64,000 bases of DNA. Source: Promethearchaeota archaeon. Its GTDB lineage: Archaea > Asgardarchaeota > Lokiarchaeia > Sigyniarchaeales > SOKP01. The translations under genes were made by a program, and so were the position numbers. Below, piece by piece: positions 9,701 to 18,454 of the stretch (position 1 is its first letter; each line of letters opens with the position of its first letter). Location: contig JAGXNO010000001.1 in the NCBI GenBank assembly GCA_019894975.1, positions 64,001 to 128,000 of the forward strand. The letters are read 5' to 3'. The notes beneath the pieces were generated by a model that searched no databases, was not told the origin of the DNA, and saw only the letters and a program-made list of their open reading frames with translations.

Positions 9701-11678
9701 AGCATGTCGAAATTGCCATGGTATAGGAACTGTTAACGTCCCACAACCAGATAAGCTAATTATTAATCCGGAAAAACCATTGTGTAAGGGTGCGATGCAT
9801 TCCCCCGGATTTTTTCCTCAGGGATATTTATGTAAACCATACAATGGAGGATATTATGTTGTCCAAGCCCTTGCAAAACGTTATGATTTTGATCCAGCTA
9901 GTACCCCTTGGAATGAAATGACTAAGGAGGCTCAAGACGCATTCCTATTCGGAAACGATGAACCATTGGAAATACATTATGAGAATCGTAAAGGTGATAA
10001 ACGTACCTATCAAAGTAAATTTAATGGATTTTATCATGGATGGGTAGATGAATGGGATATTGGTGGTACATACACAGATATAAAACCATGTGAAAGTTGT
10101 AAAGGTGCTAAACTTCGACCAGAATATTTAGCTGTTACATTAAATGGTTATAATATGCATCAGTTAAGTGAACTTCCCCTAGTGGTTTTGCTAAAAGTTT
10201 TAAAAAGTATCTCCATAAAGCATGAAATTCCTGATATTGTTCATAGGAGTTATAAAACGGTCCTAGAGCGTTTGAATTTCTTAATCAAGACAGGTCTAGG
10301 ATATGTTCATTTGAATAGAATAGCAGCATCTCTTTCAGCTGGCGAAGCTCAGCGGATTAGATTAGCAGGAGTTTTAGGTAGTGGTCTTACATCTCTTACA
10401 ATTGTTTTGGATGAACCCTCGAGAGGTTTACACCCTTCGGAACTTGAAGCTTTATTGGAAGCACTTGTGGAATTACGTGATATGGGGAACACCATCTTAA
10501 TGGTAGAGCATGATATGCTTTTGATTAATTCAGCAGATTTTATTGTTGATATGGGACCAAAAGCTGGAATTGAGGGTGGTGAAATAGTTGCAACTGGTCC
10601 CCCGATTGAAATAAAAAAAAAGAACACTATCACCGCAAATTGGTTGGATGGGAGAAAAAAGTTCAAGTACAATGAACAAAAAAGAACCCCAAAAAAATGG
10701 TTAAAGATATATGGTGTGAAAGAAAATAATCTTAAAGGTGAAACAATAGAGATACCTCATGGCCTTCTGGTAGGCTTATGTGGAGTATCTGGTTCAGGCA
10801 AATCTACGCTATTGATAGATACTATTGGAAGGGCTTTAGCCCCAAAAAAACATACCACGTCAATGGCACACGAACCCATAGAGCCAGGAAAACATGATAA
10901 AATCGAAGGTGAATTATCTCAAACAATCATCATTGACCAAACCAGAGCAAGCATAACAAGCCCAATGAACTATCTTGGTTTAAAAAAAAACTTTTTCAAA
11001 ATCTTTGCTGAAAGTGAGGATGCAATATCATTAGGTTTAAGCGAAAAAGACCTTAAAAAGAGATGTACTGCATGCAAAGGATATGGGTTAAACAAGACAG
11101 ATATGGGATTCTTACCAGATATTTACGACTTATGTGAAGTATGTAATGGAACTGGATATTCTATGGATGCTTGGAAAGTGAAAGTAAATGGTATATCACT
11201 TCCCGAATTAAATGAATTGACTATTGATGAGATTCATAGATTGTTTAAAGAAGAAGATTCTATTGAAAAAAAATTAAAGTTCGTTAAAGATGTTGGACTA
11301 GGATATTTAGTAATGAATCAACCTGCTTATACTCTTTCGGGTGGAGAAGTCCAGAGACTTAAAATTGCGAAAGAATTAAGTAAGAAGAGTACAAACAAAA
11401 CTATGTACATTTTGGACGAACCTACAGTAGGACAGCATATGGAAGATGTTTCTCGTCTTATTAATGTTTTACAAAGGTTAGTTAAAAAAGGACATACAGT
11501 AGTCGTTATTGAACACCATCCACACCTTCTTGCTGCATGTGATTGGTTAATAGAACTCGGTCCTGGTGCAGGTGATGAGGGTGGAAGGTTAATCGCAGCT
11601 GGGACGCCTGTAATGATAGCTGAGGGGATAACACCTACAGCACCCTACATAAAAGAGGTTTTGGAGGAGATTGCATGA
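6789..11678 (+). CDS. Tandem-duplicated UvrA-like ABC ATPase (four nucleotide-binding domains)
   Basis: Four GxSGSGKS Walker A, four LSxGExQR signatures, four LDEP Walker B, multiple CxxC zinc motifs, GARENNLK start. Confidence 0.9.
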   Translation: MEIEIKGARENNLKNIDVKFKDGLTVVTGISGSGKSSLVFDTLYHESNRRLIELFGYSRKWSSQRSSYKLAPAKVGSITGLGPAVAVGQNLLNRNPNSTLATASGLHPLFRLLYARFGVRTCHKCGTNITVLTQDEIINYLFSLAREKSVVIYSQLVNNSIGSHKTLLNFLSEQFSTENIYIDDKKWEGLALNPSKPHKILIKLAQIDKSTADENVQEIVQRSQILGSNILQIEVGKKIEKITRVKSCVECGTWLKDIEPKHFYMSCPFCKRKGCKECNFTGLHPLASSVYFSGQIITQLLKYSVKDALKLFKDTRLSIPTNRLITEITKRLVALKDVGLDYLTLNRSSPTLSRGESQRVRIALTLINQLEDVLHVLDEPTIGQHVTDITKFLPIFHKLPGPVIFVEHDRIAASAANNAIDIGPGAGTSGGSIIFNGSPSELWESNTPTGEFFSLRKKVIVPKLRPKPNLFLKIEAADKHNLKEITVEIPLNRLTVITGVSGSGKSTLIEDVLHASLHKKKPIGCGKINGPSLKSVMVDQSPIGKNPRSNPATYTKISEIIRKLFSKETGLSASHYSFNRPEGACPTCKGMGALEIRMRYIPSSWISCPDCKQARFKEKVLKNKVVFGDKSYSISEFYNLSVSEIADLIENENRLSSNDLQKLKEMLKTLKEIGLGYLSLGQPSPSLSGGEAQRIKLSKYLGKTSLINQIIILDEPSTGLHPQDLKGLLVILDRLVRARATVIIVEHNLDVIKAADWVIDLGPGAGDEGGNIIYSGPIEGLLKCKDSKTAKALKLDELITPSSKRGKKKLLDKITIKNAHIHNLKGIDVEFPKNAINVVTGVSGSGKSSLVSDVIEAEAKRRFFETLSMYERQGIRGGPEVLVDEISGLGVTSHVISTRALHSRFFMIRNTIGKATEISLHIANLLAYVGEINCPKCGVLMIHKTKMVCDKCNTIIKLPNPIHFDPASYQAACRNCHGIGTVNVPQPDKLIINPEKPLCKGAMHSPGFFPQGYLCKPYNGGYYVVQALAKRYDFDPASTPWNEMTKEAQDAFLFGNDEPLEIHYENRKGDKRTYQSKFNGFYHGWVDEWDIGGTYTDIKPCESCKGAKLRPEYLAVTLNGYNMHQLSELPLVVLLKVLKSISIKHEIPDIVHRSYKTVLERLNFLIKTGLGYVHLNRIAASLSAGEAQRIRLAGVLGSGLTSLTIVLDEPSRGLHPSELEALLEALVELRDMGNTILMVEHDMLLINSADFIVDMGPKAGIEGGEIVATGPPIEIKKKNTITANWLDGRKKFKYNEQKRTPKKWLKIYGVKENNLKGETIEIPHGLLVGLCGVSGSGKSTLLIDTIGRALAPKKHTTSMAHEPIEPGKHDKIEGELSQTIIIDQTRASITSPMNYLGLKKNFFKIFAESEDAISLGLSEKDLKKRCTACKGYGLNKTDMGFLPDIYDLCEVCNGTGYSMDAWKVKVNGISLPELNELTIDEIHRLFKEEDSIEKKLKFVKDVGLGYLVMNQPAYTLSGGEVQRLKIAKELSKKSTNKTMYILDEPTVGQHMEDVSRLINVLQRLVKKGHTVVVIEHHPHLLAACDWLIELGPGAGDEGGRLIAAGTPVMIAEGITPTAPYIKEVLEEIA

Positions 11679-12715
11679 CTTGGGTTCCATTATTATTAAC
11701 TGATCCTTCACCTAACTTAAGATTACTTGTATTAAGTGAGTTATTACACCGTCCAGATGATGATGAGGAAGTGCAAGAATTACTTCAATTGCGTGAAAAG
11801 GACCCAATTGTTGAATCGCTCATCAAGACTCAGCTACCTGATGGTTCTTGGAGTAGTGTAGATCTTACAGGGAAAGCTTCTAGTAAAGGAAATCTACAGT
11901 CAACTTCACAGGCATTAGTGAGATTAGGATATCTTGGATATGATAAAGATCATGAAATTGTCCGAAAAGCTGCGAACTATATTTTTTCGAAACAAAAAAC
12001 CGATAATTCATGGCCAATTCCCACTACTAGAAAAGGACCATTTGAAGAAATTCGTGGATATGACATGATCCCTTTGCAAGTCGCAACACCTCTAGAAGGT
12101 TTAGCCGCTTGTGGATATTCTACTGATAAACGAGCTGAAAAGGCTTATGAGTGGTTGATGGAACAACGACTTGATGATGGAACATGGTCTACTGGAACTG
12201 CTTCAGGTGTTTATGGAGGTGTTGGGGGTTATCGGAAAATTCCACACAGTCGCTGGGGGTGCAGATCTTCAACCATTGCTACATTAAACTGTTTAGCTTA
12301 TCATCCAACAAGAAGTAAGAGTAGTATAGCAAAAAGAGCACTTGATTTAATCTTAGGATGTGAAACTAAGCAAAAAAATTTGTTGGGGTTCGTAATTTCT
12401 CGTCTAATTGGATTGGAAGAATCAAGGGGATGGAGAACTTATTATCCTAAAATGGATGCTGCTCACATTTTAAGTCTCTGTTGGAAGATTGGTGCTTCAT
12501 CAGAAGATGAGAGGATTTCAGAATTAATTGATTTTGTGAAAGATGAACAAGGTAAATATGGAATGTGGGAATGCTCATTACACCCCCAAGCATCTAGATG
12601 GTTAACCTTTGACTTATTGCTGTCACTTTCTAATTTGAGTGAAGAAACAGATTGGTTTTCTACAGAACCTCGTACTCCTTTTCAAGAATACCCCAAAAAA
12701 ATGAAGAGATTCTAA
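11675..12715 (+). CDS. Prenyltransferase/squalene-oxidase repeat (alpha/alpha toroid) protein
   Basis: Repeated Q-x-x-D-G-x-W motifs (QLPDGSW, QKTDNSW, QRLDDGTW, QGKYGMW); ATGA overlap with upstream gene. Confidence 0.75.
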   Translation: MTWVPLLLTDPSPNLRLLVLSELLHRPDDDEEVQELLQLREKDPIVESLIKTQLPDGSWSSVDLTGKASSKGNLQSTSQALVRLGYLGYDKDHEIVRKAANYIFSKQKTDNSWPIPTTRKGPFEEIRGYDMIPLQVATPLEGLAACGYSTDKRAEKAYEWLMEQRLDDGTWSTGTASGVYGGVGGYRKIPHSRWGCRSSTIATLNCLAYHPTRSKSSIAKRALDLILGCETKQKNLLGFVISRLIGLEESRGWRTYYPKMDAAHILSLCWKIGASSEDERISELIDFVKDEQGKYGMWECSLHPQASRWLTFDLLLSLSNLSEETDWFSTEPRTPFQEYPKKMKRF

Positions 12716-12791
12716 AAGCCTTACGTGCTTTTTAATACTTGAATCAACATGGGTTCGTCCCAATGGCAATTGATGGTCTAGCACTTCAAAA

Positions 12792-13922
12792 TTATTTAAA
12801 TTTGTATCGACAGGCATCATAGACTTTTGAGACTATTGCCTCTCTACGCATTAAATTTTGTTCTTGAGATAACATCGTATTGCTGTTGAGATTAAAAATC
12901 AGATCTACCTGAGGATCACAGAAATTTACACAAGAACTTCTACCTCCATGACCAAAAGTATCTCTTGAGCAACCTATAGAACTACTTTTCCCTTTTGTAA
13001 AACCTAAGCCCCAATCTGGGGCAATTTGAAATGAAAGGATACTAAATGTTAAATCAGCAATGCCCATTCTATGTGTTGCAGTGAAATATTTAACAGTTTC
13101 TTCCTTAAGAATCCGTTTTCCATCCCATTCACCCCCATTCCAAAGGGTTCTGTAGAACTTTCCCATATCATTCGCAGTACTATAACCATTGGTACCAGGA
13201 TAAATCCTTCCTTCGAAATTATTAATCCACAAATGCATTTTTTCAGCTTCATCCGGAGTATCTTTTAAGGCTAGACGATCACCAAGATTCTTAGCTCTTT
13301 CTTTTGTCATACCTAAATATGAGGAATCCATCCCTAAAGGAACGAATATTTCTTCGTTCAAATAATCATCAATTCGACGTCCATCAATCCTGCGAATAAT
13401 TTCACCTAGGATTATCCAACTAGCTCGGGGATGATAACCACATTGTGTTCCTGGTTTATACTCGGCAGTTTCATTGCAAATATCTACAATAATTTCTTCC
13501 CAATTGGCAGTAAGCCATTTTGGGTATAGCAACATTGGAAACCCACCAGCATGTATTAAAACATGTCTAATTGTGCAAGTTTCTTTCCCATTTTTGAATT
13601 CAGGAATAATACTCTGGACTGTTTGATTTATGCTAAGTTTCCCACTTTCCCATAGTTGTGCGATTGCCACAGTAGTCCAAGGTTTTCCACTAGACCACAA
13701 TGCCAAGATTGAATCATTTCGCATCTGAATGCCGGGTTTAGCTTCTCCAACAGCAACATCAAGCACTATCTGTCCTTTTCTTGATACGTGAAGTTGAACA
13801 CCTGTATGTAACCCCTCAGATACTTGATTTTCAAGCGTTTTAATTACTTTATCTAAACTTGTTTTGTCCATCCCAACTTCTTCTGGTTTACCTATTATAC
13901 CACCAATCATTATAACGCTCAA
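12792..13922 (-). CDS. Serine hydrolase, beta-lactamase/esterase family
   Basis: SxxK (WSSGK), YHP, FGHGG motifs. Confidence 0.9.
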   Translation of the reverse strand: MSVIMIGGIIGKPEEVGMDKTSLDKVIKTLENQVSEGLHTGVQLHVSRKGQIVLDVAVGEAKPGIQMRNDSILALWSSGKPWTTVAIAQLWESGKLSINQTVQSIIPEFKNGKETCTIRHVLIHAGGFPMLLYPKWLTANWEEIIVDICNETAEYKPGTQCGYHPRASWIILGEIIRRIDGRRIDDYLNEEIFVPLGMDSSYLGMTKERAKNLGDRLALKDTPDEAEKMHLWINNFEGRIYPGTNGYSTANDMGKFYRTLWNGGEWDGKRILKEETVKYFTATHRMGIADLTFSILSFQIAPDWGLGFTKGKSSSIGCSRDTFGHGGRSSCVNFCDPQVDLIFNLNSNTMLSQEQNLMRREAIVSKVYDACRYKFK

Positions 13923-14020
13923 ACTTTTTTTAATTCTTAATACAGTAAAAAATCCTTTAAAAATAAAGTCTTCAAATCTTCTTTTTCAGTTAAGAGAAGT
14001 AATACTCTCTCTCATTCTAT

Positions 14021-14373
14021 TTAATTGTTATAGCTTTCACTAGGTTGGTAATCTGATTGAATTATATCTACACTTTCTAATTCTTGTAAATGATAATAAA
14101 GGCTAGGTTTTTTTAAATTTTTAAAATCCCCCTTACCACACATTCCTTTACATTGATTTTCATCGGAATCTAAATTTTCGTTCATATCTTTAAGAAAATT
14201 AAATATTTCATCAGAAGATTTAGGACCCTCTTTTAAATAATCAAGGATGACCCATCGAATATGACAATGTAATTCTTTTACATATTTTTCTATCTCATTA
14301 AGGGTAAGATTACTTTTCGATATAGCACTTTTACTTGCTTTTGGATTTGGATTTCTCTTTTTAGCTTTTGCAT
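14021..14373 (-). pseudogene. ArsR-like winged-helix regulator, start out of frame and probably 3'-truncated
   Basis: Open frame 14371-14021 reads AKAKKRNPNP...LHCHIRWVILDYLKEGPKSSDEI...PSLYYHLQELESVDII; the nearest ATG (14373) is out of frame. Confidence 0.6.
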
Positions 14374-14446
14374 TACATCAGAAGACTTTAGAAAAGAGAT
14401 TCAAAGGATAATCAGAAAAGACCAATTTATTAAATTTTTTTTTAAC

Positions 14447-15037
14447 TTATTTTTCTTCTTTAATTTTATTATAAAACTCTAATATTATTTCTTGCCTATC
14501 ATTTGCGATTTGTTTTGTTAGATCTAGGTGCATTAAATCTTTTAATTTCATGATTTTGCTCTCAAAGTGCTTCACTACATTATCGAGATCACCACCTCTC
14601 TGAAGTGTAAATCCAATAGTTCTATATAGGCCAATTGCTCCGAGAGCGTCTAATTTATCAGCATCTGACAAAATTTTTGCTTCTAATGTTTTTGGTACAA
14701 CATTATTTGAAAAAGAATGTGCTCTGATCATATGGATTATATTCTCCAAATCTGTTTGAGGAATTATGTATTCATAAGATTTTAAGAGGTTTAGTGCTAT
14801 TTCTGCAGAATATTCGGCATGATTTTTATCATCTTTTGTGTCTTCTACGCGAATCCTGCCCACATCATGTAGATATGCTGCGATCTTTAGTAAAAATAGA
14901 TTTGCTCCTAGTTTTTTTCCTATTTGGAGACAGAGATTATATACACGCTCAACATGTGGAAAACCATGGATATCATTATCTTCAGAGTTTTCAAGGGCGT
15001 AATTCTTAACGTATGAAAGTATTTCTTCTTCTGACAT
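14447..15037 (-). CDS. HD-domain phosphohydrolase
   Basis: H...HVERV, LHDVGR, HS, DADKLDALGAIG. Confidence 0.92.
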   Translation of the reverse strand: MSEEEILSYVKNYALENSEDNDIHGFPHVERVYNLCLQIGKKLGANLFLLKIAAYLHDVGRIRVEDTKDDKNHAEYSAEIALNLLKSYEYIIPQTDLENIIHMIRAHSFSNNVVPKTLEAKILSDADKLDALGAIGLYRTIGFTLQRGGDLDNVVKHFESKIMKLKDLMHLDLTKQIANDRQEIILEFYNKIKEEK

Positions 15038-15079
15038 GCTAGTAACTTCTTTTTTAAAAATGAATATTCCCCAAAGTTA

Positions 15080-16048
15080 TTAAAATCTAGGAAATCCCCA
15101 TCTCTTTAATGGCCCAAACCCTTCTTCTTTGGAAATTACTATATTAGATTTTTTATCAAAAACAACTGAAATATAATAGGCGTTTTTTCTTGATAATGCT
15201 TCGCATAAAATGAGAATAGTATTGATTTTATCTCGATTTTCTTGAAAGAACGGGATAATATAATCCCATTTATGAAAGAACCTAAAATCTTTACTCAATT
15301 CTTTTGCTCTATCAAAAAGTTTCATGTTACTTGAATTCTTTACAATAGTATTTGTCAAGAGTTTTTTTTTTCTTAGTGTAAATAGAGAACTTTTACTTAT
15401 TGTGAAATTTACTTTATCAATGGTAGATTCGTTTTCATAAATAAAATAAAAGAAAGGAATAAAATTAGGAAGATAATGGGAGTTCTTAGGTAATATTAAT
15501 TGTACTATAATTCTTAAAAGGATCCTCACCCCAAAGTAGATTAGATAAGAATATAAATAGAAGTAAGCAAGTGCCATAAAGAATTCATAATACGGTTTCG
15601 TAAAAAAACTTACAATAAGAGTTGCTATGTTGATCCCTGAAAATAAAATTAGTAAAGGGTTGATTGTTCTGTCAATGATAAACCTAAATTCTTTTTTAGT
15701 AATTGGATAAAATATGGGTACTTTTGAGGCCGTTAGGAAATCTAATGTTACGTGAATACTATAGCCTATAAAAGCCGCTAACCATACTTCGAGGAATGAA
15801 AAATTTCCTATTATTGAAACAAGAAAACTAATAATTCCGGTAAATAAAAGACCAATAATATAGGAATGAGAAGCGGCCTTATGGGATAAGAAATAACTTT
15901 TTTTTAATCTCCGCAATGGTTCTAAAAACACATCAAAATCAGGAAGAAAGGTCATTATCCAAAGAAGTATTATTGCTGCCGGACTAAAGATTTTCAGTGT
16001 GAATAATCCAACTAATATACCCATAAATTGATGTGTAAAAATATCCAT
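15080..16048 (-). CDS. Membrane-bound metal-dependent hydrolase (YdjM/YbcI-like)
   Basis: MDIFTH, LPDFD, H-x-x-x-S-H-S, HVTLD motifs plus TM segments. Confidence 0.85.
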   Translation of the reverse strand: MDIFTHQFMGILVGLFTLKIFSPAAIILLWIMTFLPDFDVFLEPLRRLKKSYFLSHKAASHSYIIGLLFTGIISFLVSIIGNFSFLEVWLAAFIGYSIHVTLDFLTASKVPIFYPITKKEFRFIIDRTINPLLILFSGINIATLIVSFFTKPYYEFFMALAYFYLYSYLIYFGVRILLRIIVQLILPKNSHYLPNFIPFFYFIYENESTIDKVNFTISKSSLFTLRKKKLLTNTIVKNSSNMKLFDRAKELSKDFRFFHKWDYIIPFFQENRDKINTILILCEALSRKNAYYISVVFDKKSNIVISKEEGFGPLKRWGFPRF

Positions 16049-16110
16049 ATATAGTTTTAAAATAAAACGATATTTTTATACAATTTGATTCTTTTTAATA
16101 GGAAGCAATC

Positions 16111-16158
16111 CTATTGTCAATCTCTCACTAACGTTTTTTGAAAGATGTCATCCAACTT
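16111..16158 (-). promoter_or_regulatory. Candidate eukaryote-type SECIS element in the 3' UTR
   Basis: Minus strand: GTTGG-ATGAC-ATCTTTCA-AAAAACGTTAG-TGAGAGAT-TGAC-AAT. AUGA/GA quartet, 8-bp upper stem (one G-U), A-run opening the loop, directly after the TAA of a gene with in-frame TGAs. Confidence 0.72.
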
Positions 16159-16644
16159 TTATCTTTTTAGTTTAAAATAATGAGCAAATGTCTCATTTTC
16201 TTTTCCATAGGTTTCCATGATAAATTTTTTGAAAGCACCATAATCTAATCGCTCTTTCATAATATCAGCTCATCAATCAGCGTGTACAACGATAGTTATA
16301 TTACTATTGGGATAGAGATTAGTATTTATATCATCTTGCAAGTTCATAAATTCTCTATTTGGTCCATATGCATTAACTGCACAGTCCTCATAAATTTTAT
16401 TCTCCTCTCCATCCCAAATTAATTGCAAATAACTGTTTATCAACCCTTTATAGATAGGAAAAATTTTATTTTCTGGATTAGAATAAACTTGCTTATCTAT
16501 AACACTTAATGCGTCTATAATAGTTCCTTTGTCTTTTATAGTTATCGTGTATTCTAATCCTTTTGACAACCTTTTTTCAGGGTCAGGTGCAAAAATTGAA
16601 ACCCGTACAGTCTTTTGTTTTTGTTTTTCTACCATGATAATCAC
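16159..16644 (-). CDS. Candidate selenoprotein: beta-grasp (MoaD/ubiquitin-like) domain with tandem Sec-Sec (TGA TGA at 16275-16270) and a 36-aa C-terminal extension
   Basis: The ORF-track protein ends ...LYPNSNITIVVHAD at TGA TGA, but the frame continues ADIMKERLDYGAFKKFIMETYGKENETFAHYFKLKR-TAA(16161-16159). SECIS-like hairpin follows. Likely start ATG 16635 after GGGGTGA. Confidence 0.72.
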
Positions 16645-16678
16645 CCCAAATGAGCTAAAATAATAGATTTACTAAATT

Positions 16679-16960
16679 CTATATAAGACCTTTAGCTCTA
16701 AGGATTTTTGGTAATTCTTTCTTAAGGATAAACGATGAAGAAAACTTTTTCTCACCATCAACGACAACGCACTTACTACTAATGTTTAGATTTTTCGCTT
16801 CTTCTGAATTAAGATTCTTAGTGTCAAAATCGATATGTTTAATATAAGGAGTAAGTTCAACAAATACTCGATTCATAAACTTATCCCATTCACAAGCGCA
16901 TGCATCTAGAGGAACATAGATATCTATCTTTAATTTCCCATTTGACTTTTCATTACTCAT
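16679..16960 (-). CDS. Small thioredoxin-fold CxC protein, ArsD metallochaperone-like
   Basis: KIDIYVPLDACAC...CVVVDGE resembles the ArsD pattern (IxVFDPAMCC...LVDGE); lies in the acr3 operon. Confidence 0.55.
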   Translation of the reverse strand: MSNEKSNGKLKIDIYVPLDACACEWDKFMNRVFVELTPYIKHIDFDTKNLNSEEAKNLNISSKCVVVDGEKKFSSSFILKKELPKILRAKGLI

Positions 16961-16984
16961 CTCTAACGATTCCTCTATACTTGT

Positions 16985-17203
16985 TTAATTTGTTTTATTA
17001 ATAGGTTGATTCTGCTCGCAGTGAAGTTTAACGCCACAATGTATCCCTTTCTTCAAGCGTTTAGGATTTTCAGGATCACAGGGCTCCTCATGTGAACATT
17101 GTGATTCAGCATTAGCACTACAAGAATGACCTGAATAATCAGGTGATTCTCTCATTTCTTTCATAATTATTTCTATTGTTTTATCTATTTCTTCATCAGA
17201 CAT
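16985..17203 (-). CDS. Small Cys/His-rich protein, putative metal(loid) binder
   Basis: 72 aa with 5 Cys and 4 His; GAGGA upstream; co-oriented directly after acr3. Confidence 0.6.
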   Translation of the reverse strand: MSDEEIDKTIEIIMKEMRESPDYSGHSCSANAESQCSHEEPCDPENPKRLKKGIHCGVKLHCEQNQPINKTN

Positions 17204-17274
17204 TTCTACTTATATCCTCTTTTCTATATATATTAATTAGTTTTCTAAGAAATATATTTTTTGGATATTTTTAT

Positions 17275-18294
17275 TTATTGTGATTTCCAAAAACCTCGTT
17301 TACTAAGCAATCGTCCTAAATATACAACTGAAAGCATGACTGGAACTTCCCAAAATAATCCCATGGTTGTACCTAACGCTGCAATAGTATTATTCATAGC
17401 AATAGCAGTAGCTATAGCAATCTCAAAATGGCTAGAGGAACCGATTATTACTGTAATGATTGCCTCCCTGTATTTCATCTTAAATATTTTTGTCATTAGT
17501 ATATTATAGCCCACAACTATGACAAATCCTACTAGAAGTGGAATTGTAACTATTAATAAGTAATCCGGATGATCTAAGAGGGCCGTACCATTCATAGAAA
17601 AAAGGATTATTAATGTTGCTAGAAGCGCGATAATGGAAATCTTCCCAAGAAATGGGCGATAAGTGTCGGTGAACCATTCTTCTCCTTTAGAAGAAATCAG
17701 AACTTTCTTACTAGTTAACCCCACTATTAATGGAAGACCAATGAAGAAAAATAGCGAAATCAATAACAACACCCAATCAAGGGAAATATTTTGTATTCCT
17801 GTCAAAAATGTAACAATAGGAATATATAAAAAGATGATGGTAATCGTATTTAAGCTGGTATTAACTACATTTTGCTCTTGGTTTCCTTTCGCCATCCAAC
17901 CCCACACTAAAACCATTGCTGTGCAAGGAGAACTAGAAAGTAATATAATTGCAAGGATTAAGTCATCATTCCCTTGTAAAAATATTCGTGCCATAAGCAA
18001 TCCGATGAAGGGGGCCACAATCCAATTTGAAATAAGGGTTAGGATTATTGGTTTAGGATTTTTACCCAATTTTTTCAATTCAGATGCCTTAAGGTTTAAC
18101 ATTGCAGGATACATCATTAGAAACAAACAAATTCCAATTGGTACTGAAATTCCCCCAATCTTTAGAGCGTTAAGAGCGTCACTAATACCAGGTATGATTT
18201 GGGAAATGAGAACACCAATAAGTATACATAATAAGACCCAAAGCGGTAAAAACTTTTCAAAAAAGCTGATTGTTCTTCCTTCTTCTTCACTCAT
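17275..18294 (-). CDS. acr3: Arsenite efflux transporter, Acr3 family
   Basis: FFEKFLPLWV, MMYP, SPCTAMVLVW, SSHFEIAIA, EVPVML motifs. Confidence 0.95.
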   Translation of the reverse strand: MSEEEGRTISFFEKFLPLWVLLCILIGVLISQIIPGISDALNALKIGGISVPIGICLFLMMYPAMLNLKASELKKLGKNPKPIILTLISNWIVAPFIGLLMARIFLQGNDDLILAIILLSSSPCTAMVLVWGWMAKGNQEQNVVNTSLNTITIIFLYIPIVTFLTGIQNISLDWVLLLISLFFFIGLPLIVGLTSKKVLISSKGEEWFTDTYRPFLGKISIIALLATLIILFSMNGTALLDHPDYLLIVTIPLLVGFVIVVGYNILMTKIFKMKYREAIITVIIGSSSHFEIAIATAIAMNNTIAALGTTMGLFWEVPVMLSVVYLGRLLSKRGFWKSQ

Positions 18295-18324
18295 ATTATT
18301 TAAATCCTTCTCTTATACCAATAT

Positions 18325-18340
18325 ATGAAATTTAATTGAT
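18325..18340. promoter_or_regulatory. Putative ArsR operator
   Basis: ATGAA-N6-TTGAT, one mismatch to the ATCAA-N6-TTGAT ArsR/SmtB-type box, in the divergent acr3/arsR intergenic region; the region is AT-rich, so a chance match is possible. Confidence 0.4.
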
Positions 18341-18454
18341 TCTTAAATAAGAAAATTTTTATCCAAATAAAAATTTATTGATTTGAATAAGTTTTTATAA
18401 ATCTGCTTATCTTTAATAATTATTAGACATTGAGAATCTGAAGTGGTGTTATAA

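Noticed and set aside
14375-14380. In-frame TGA-TGT (U-C) upstream of the hidden wHTH frame as a second selenoprotein
   Set aside because: The upstream frame looks non-coding, a one-base frameshift at ATG 14373 explains it more simply, and the downstream hairpin lacks the A-loop and GA quartet geometry
16159-16260. Independent 33-aa gene starting at ATG 16260
   Set aside because: Possible in principle, but it has no clear RBS and is better explained as the read-through tail, given the shared frame, the GG-register UGAs and the SECIS-like hairpin
17663-18328. 221-aa plus-strand ORF
   Set aside because: Antisense shadow of acr3. The same applies to 22523-22921, 32004-32399, 46671-47108, 57833-58243, 35084-35329 and the other short overlapping ORFs
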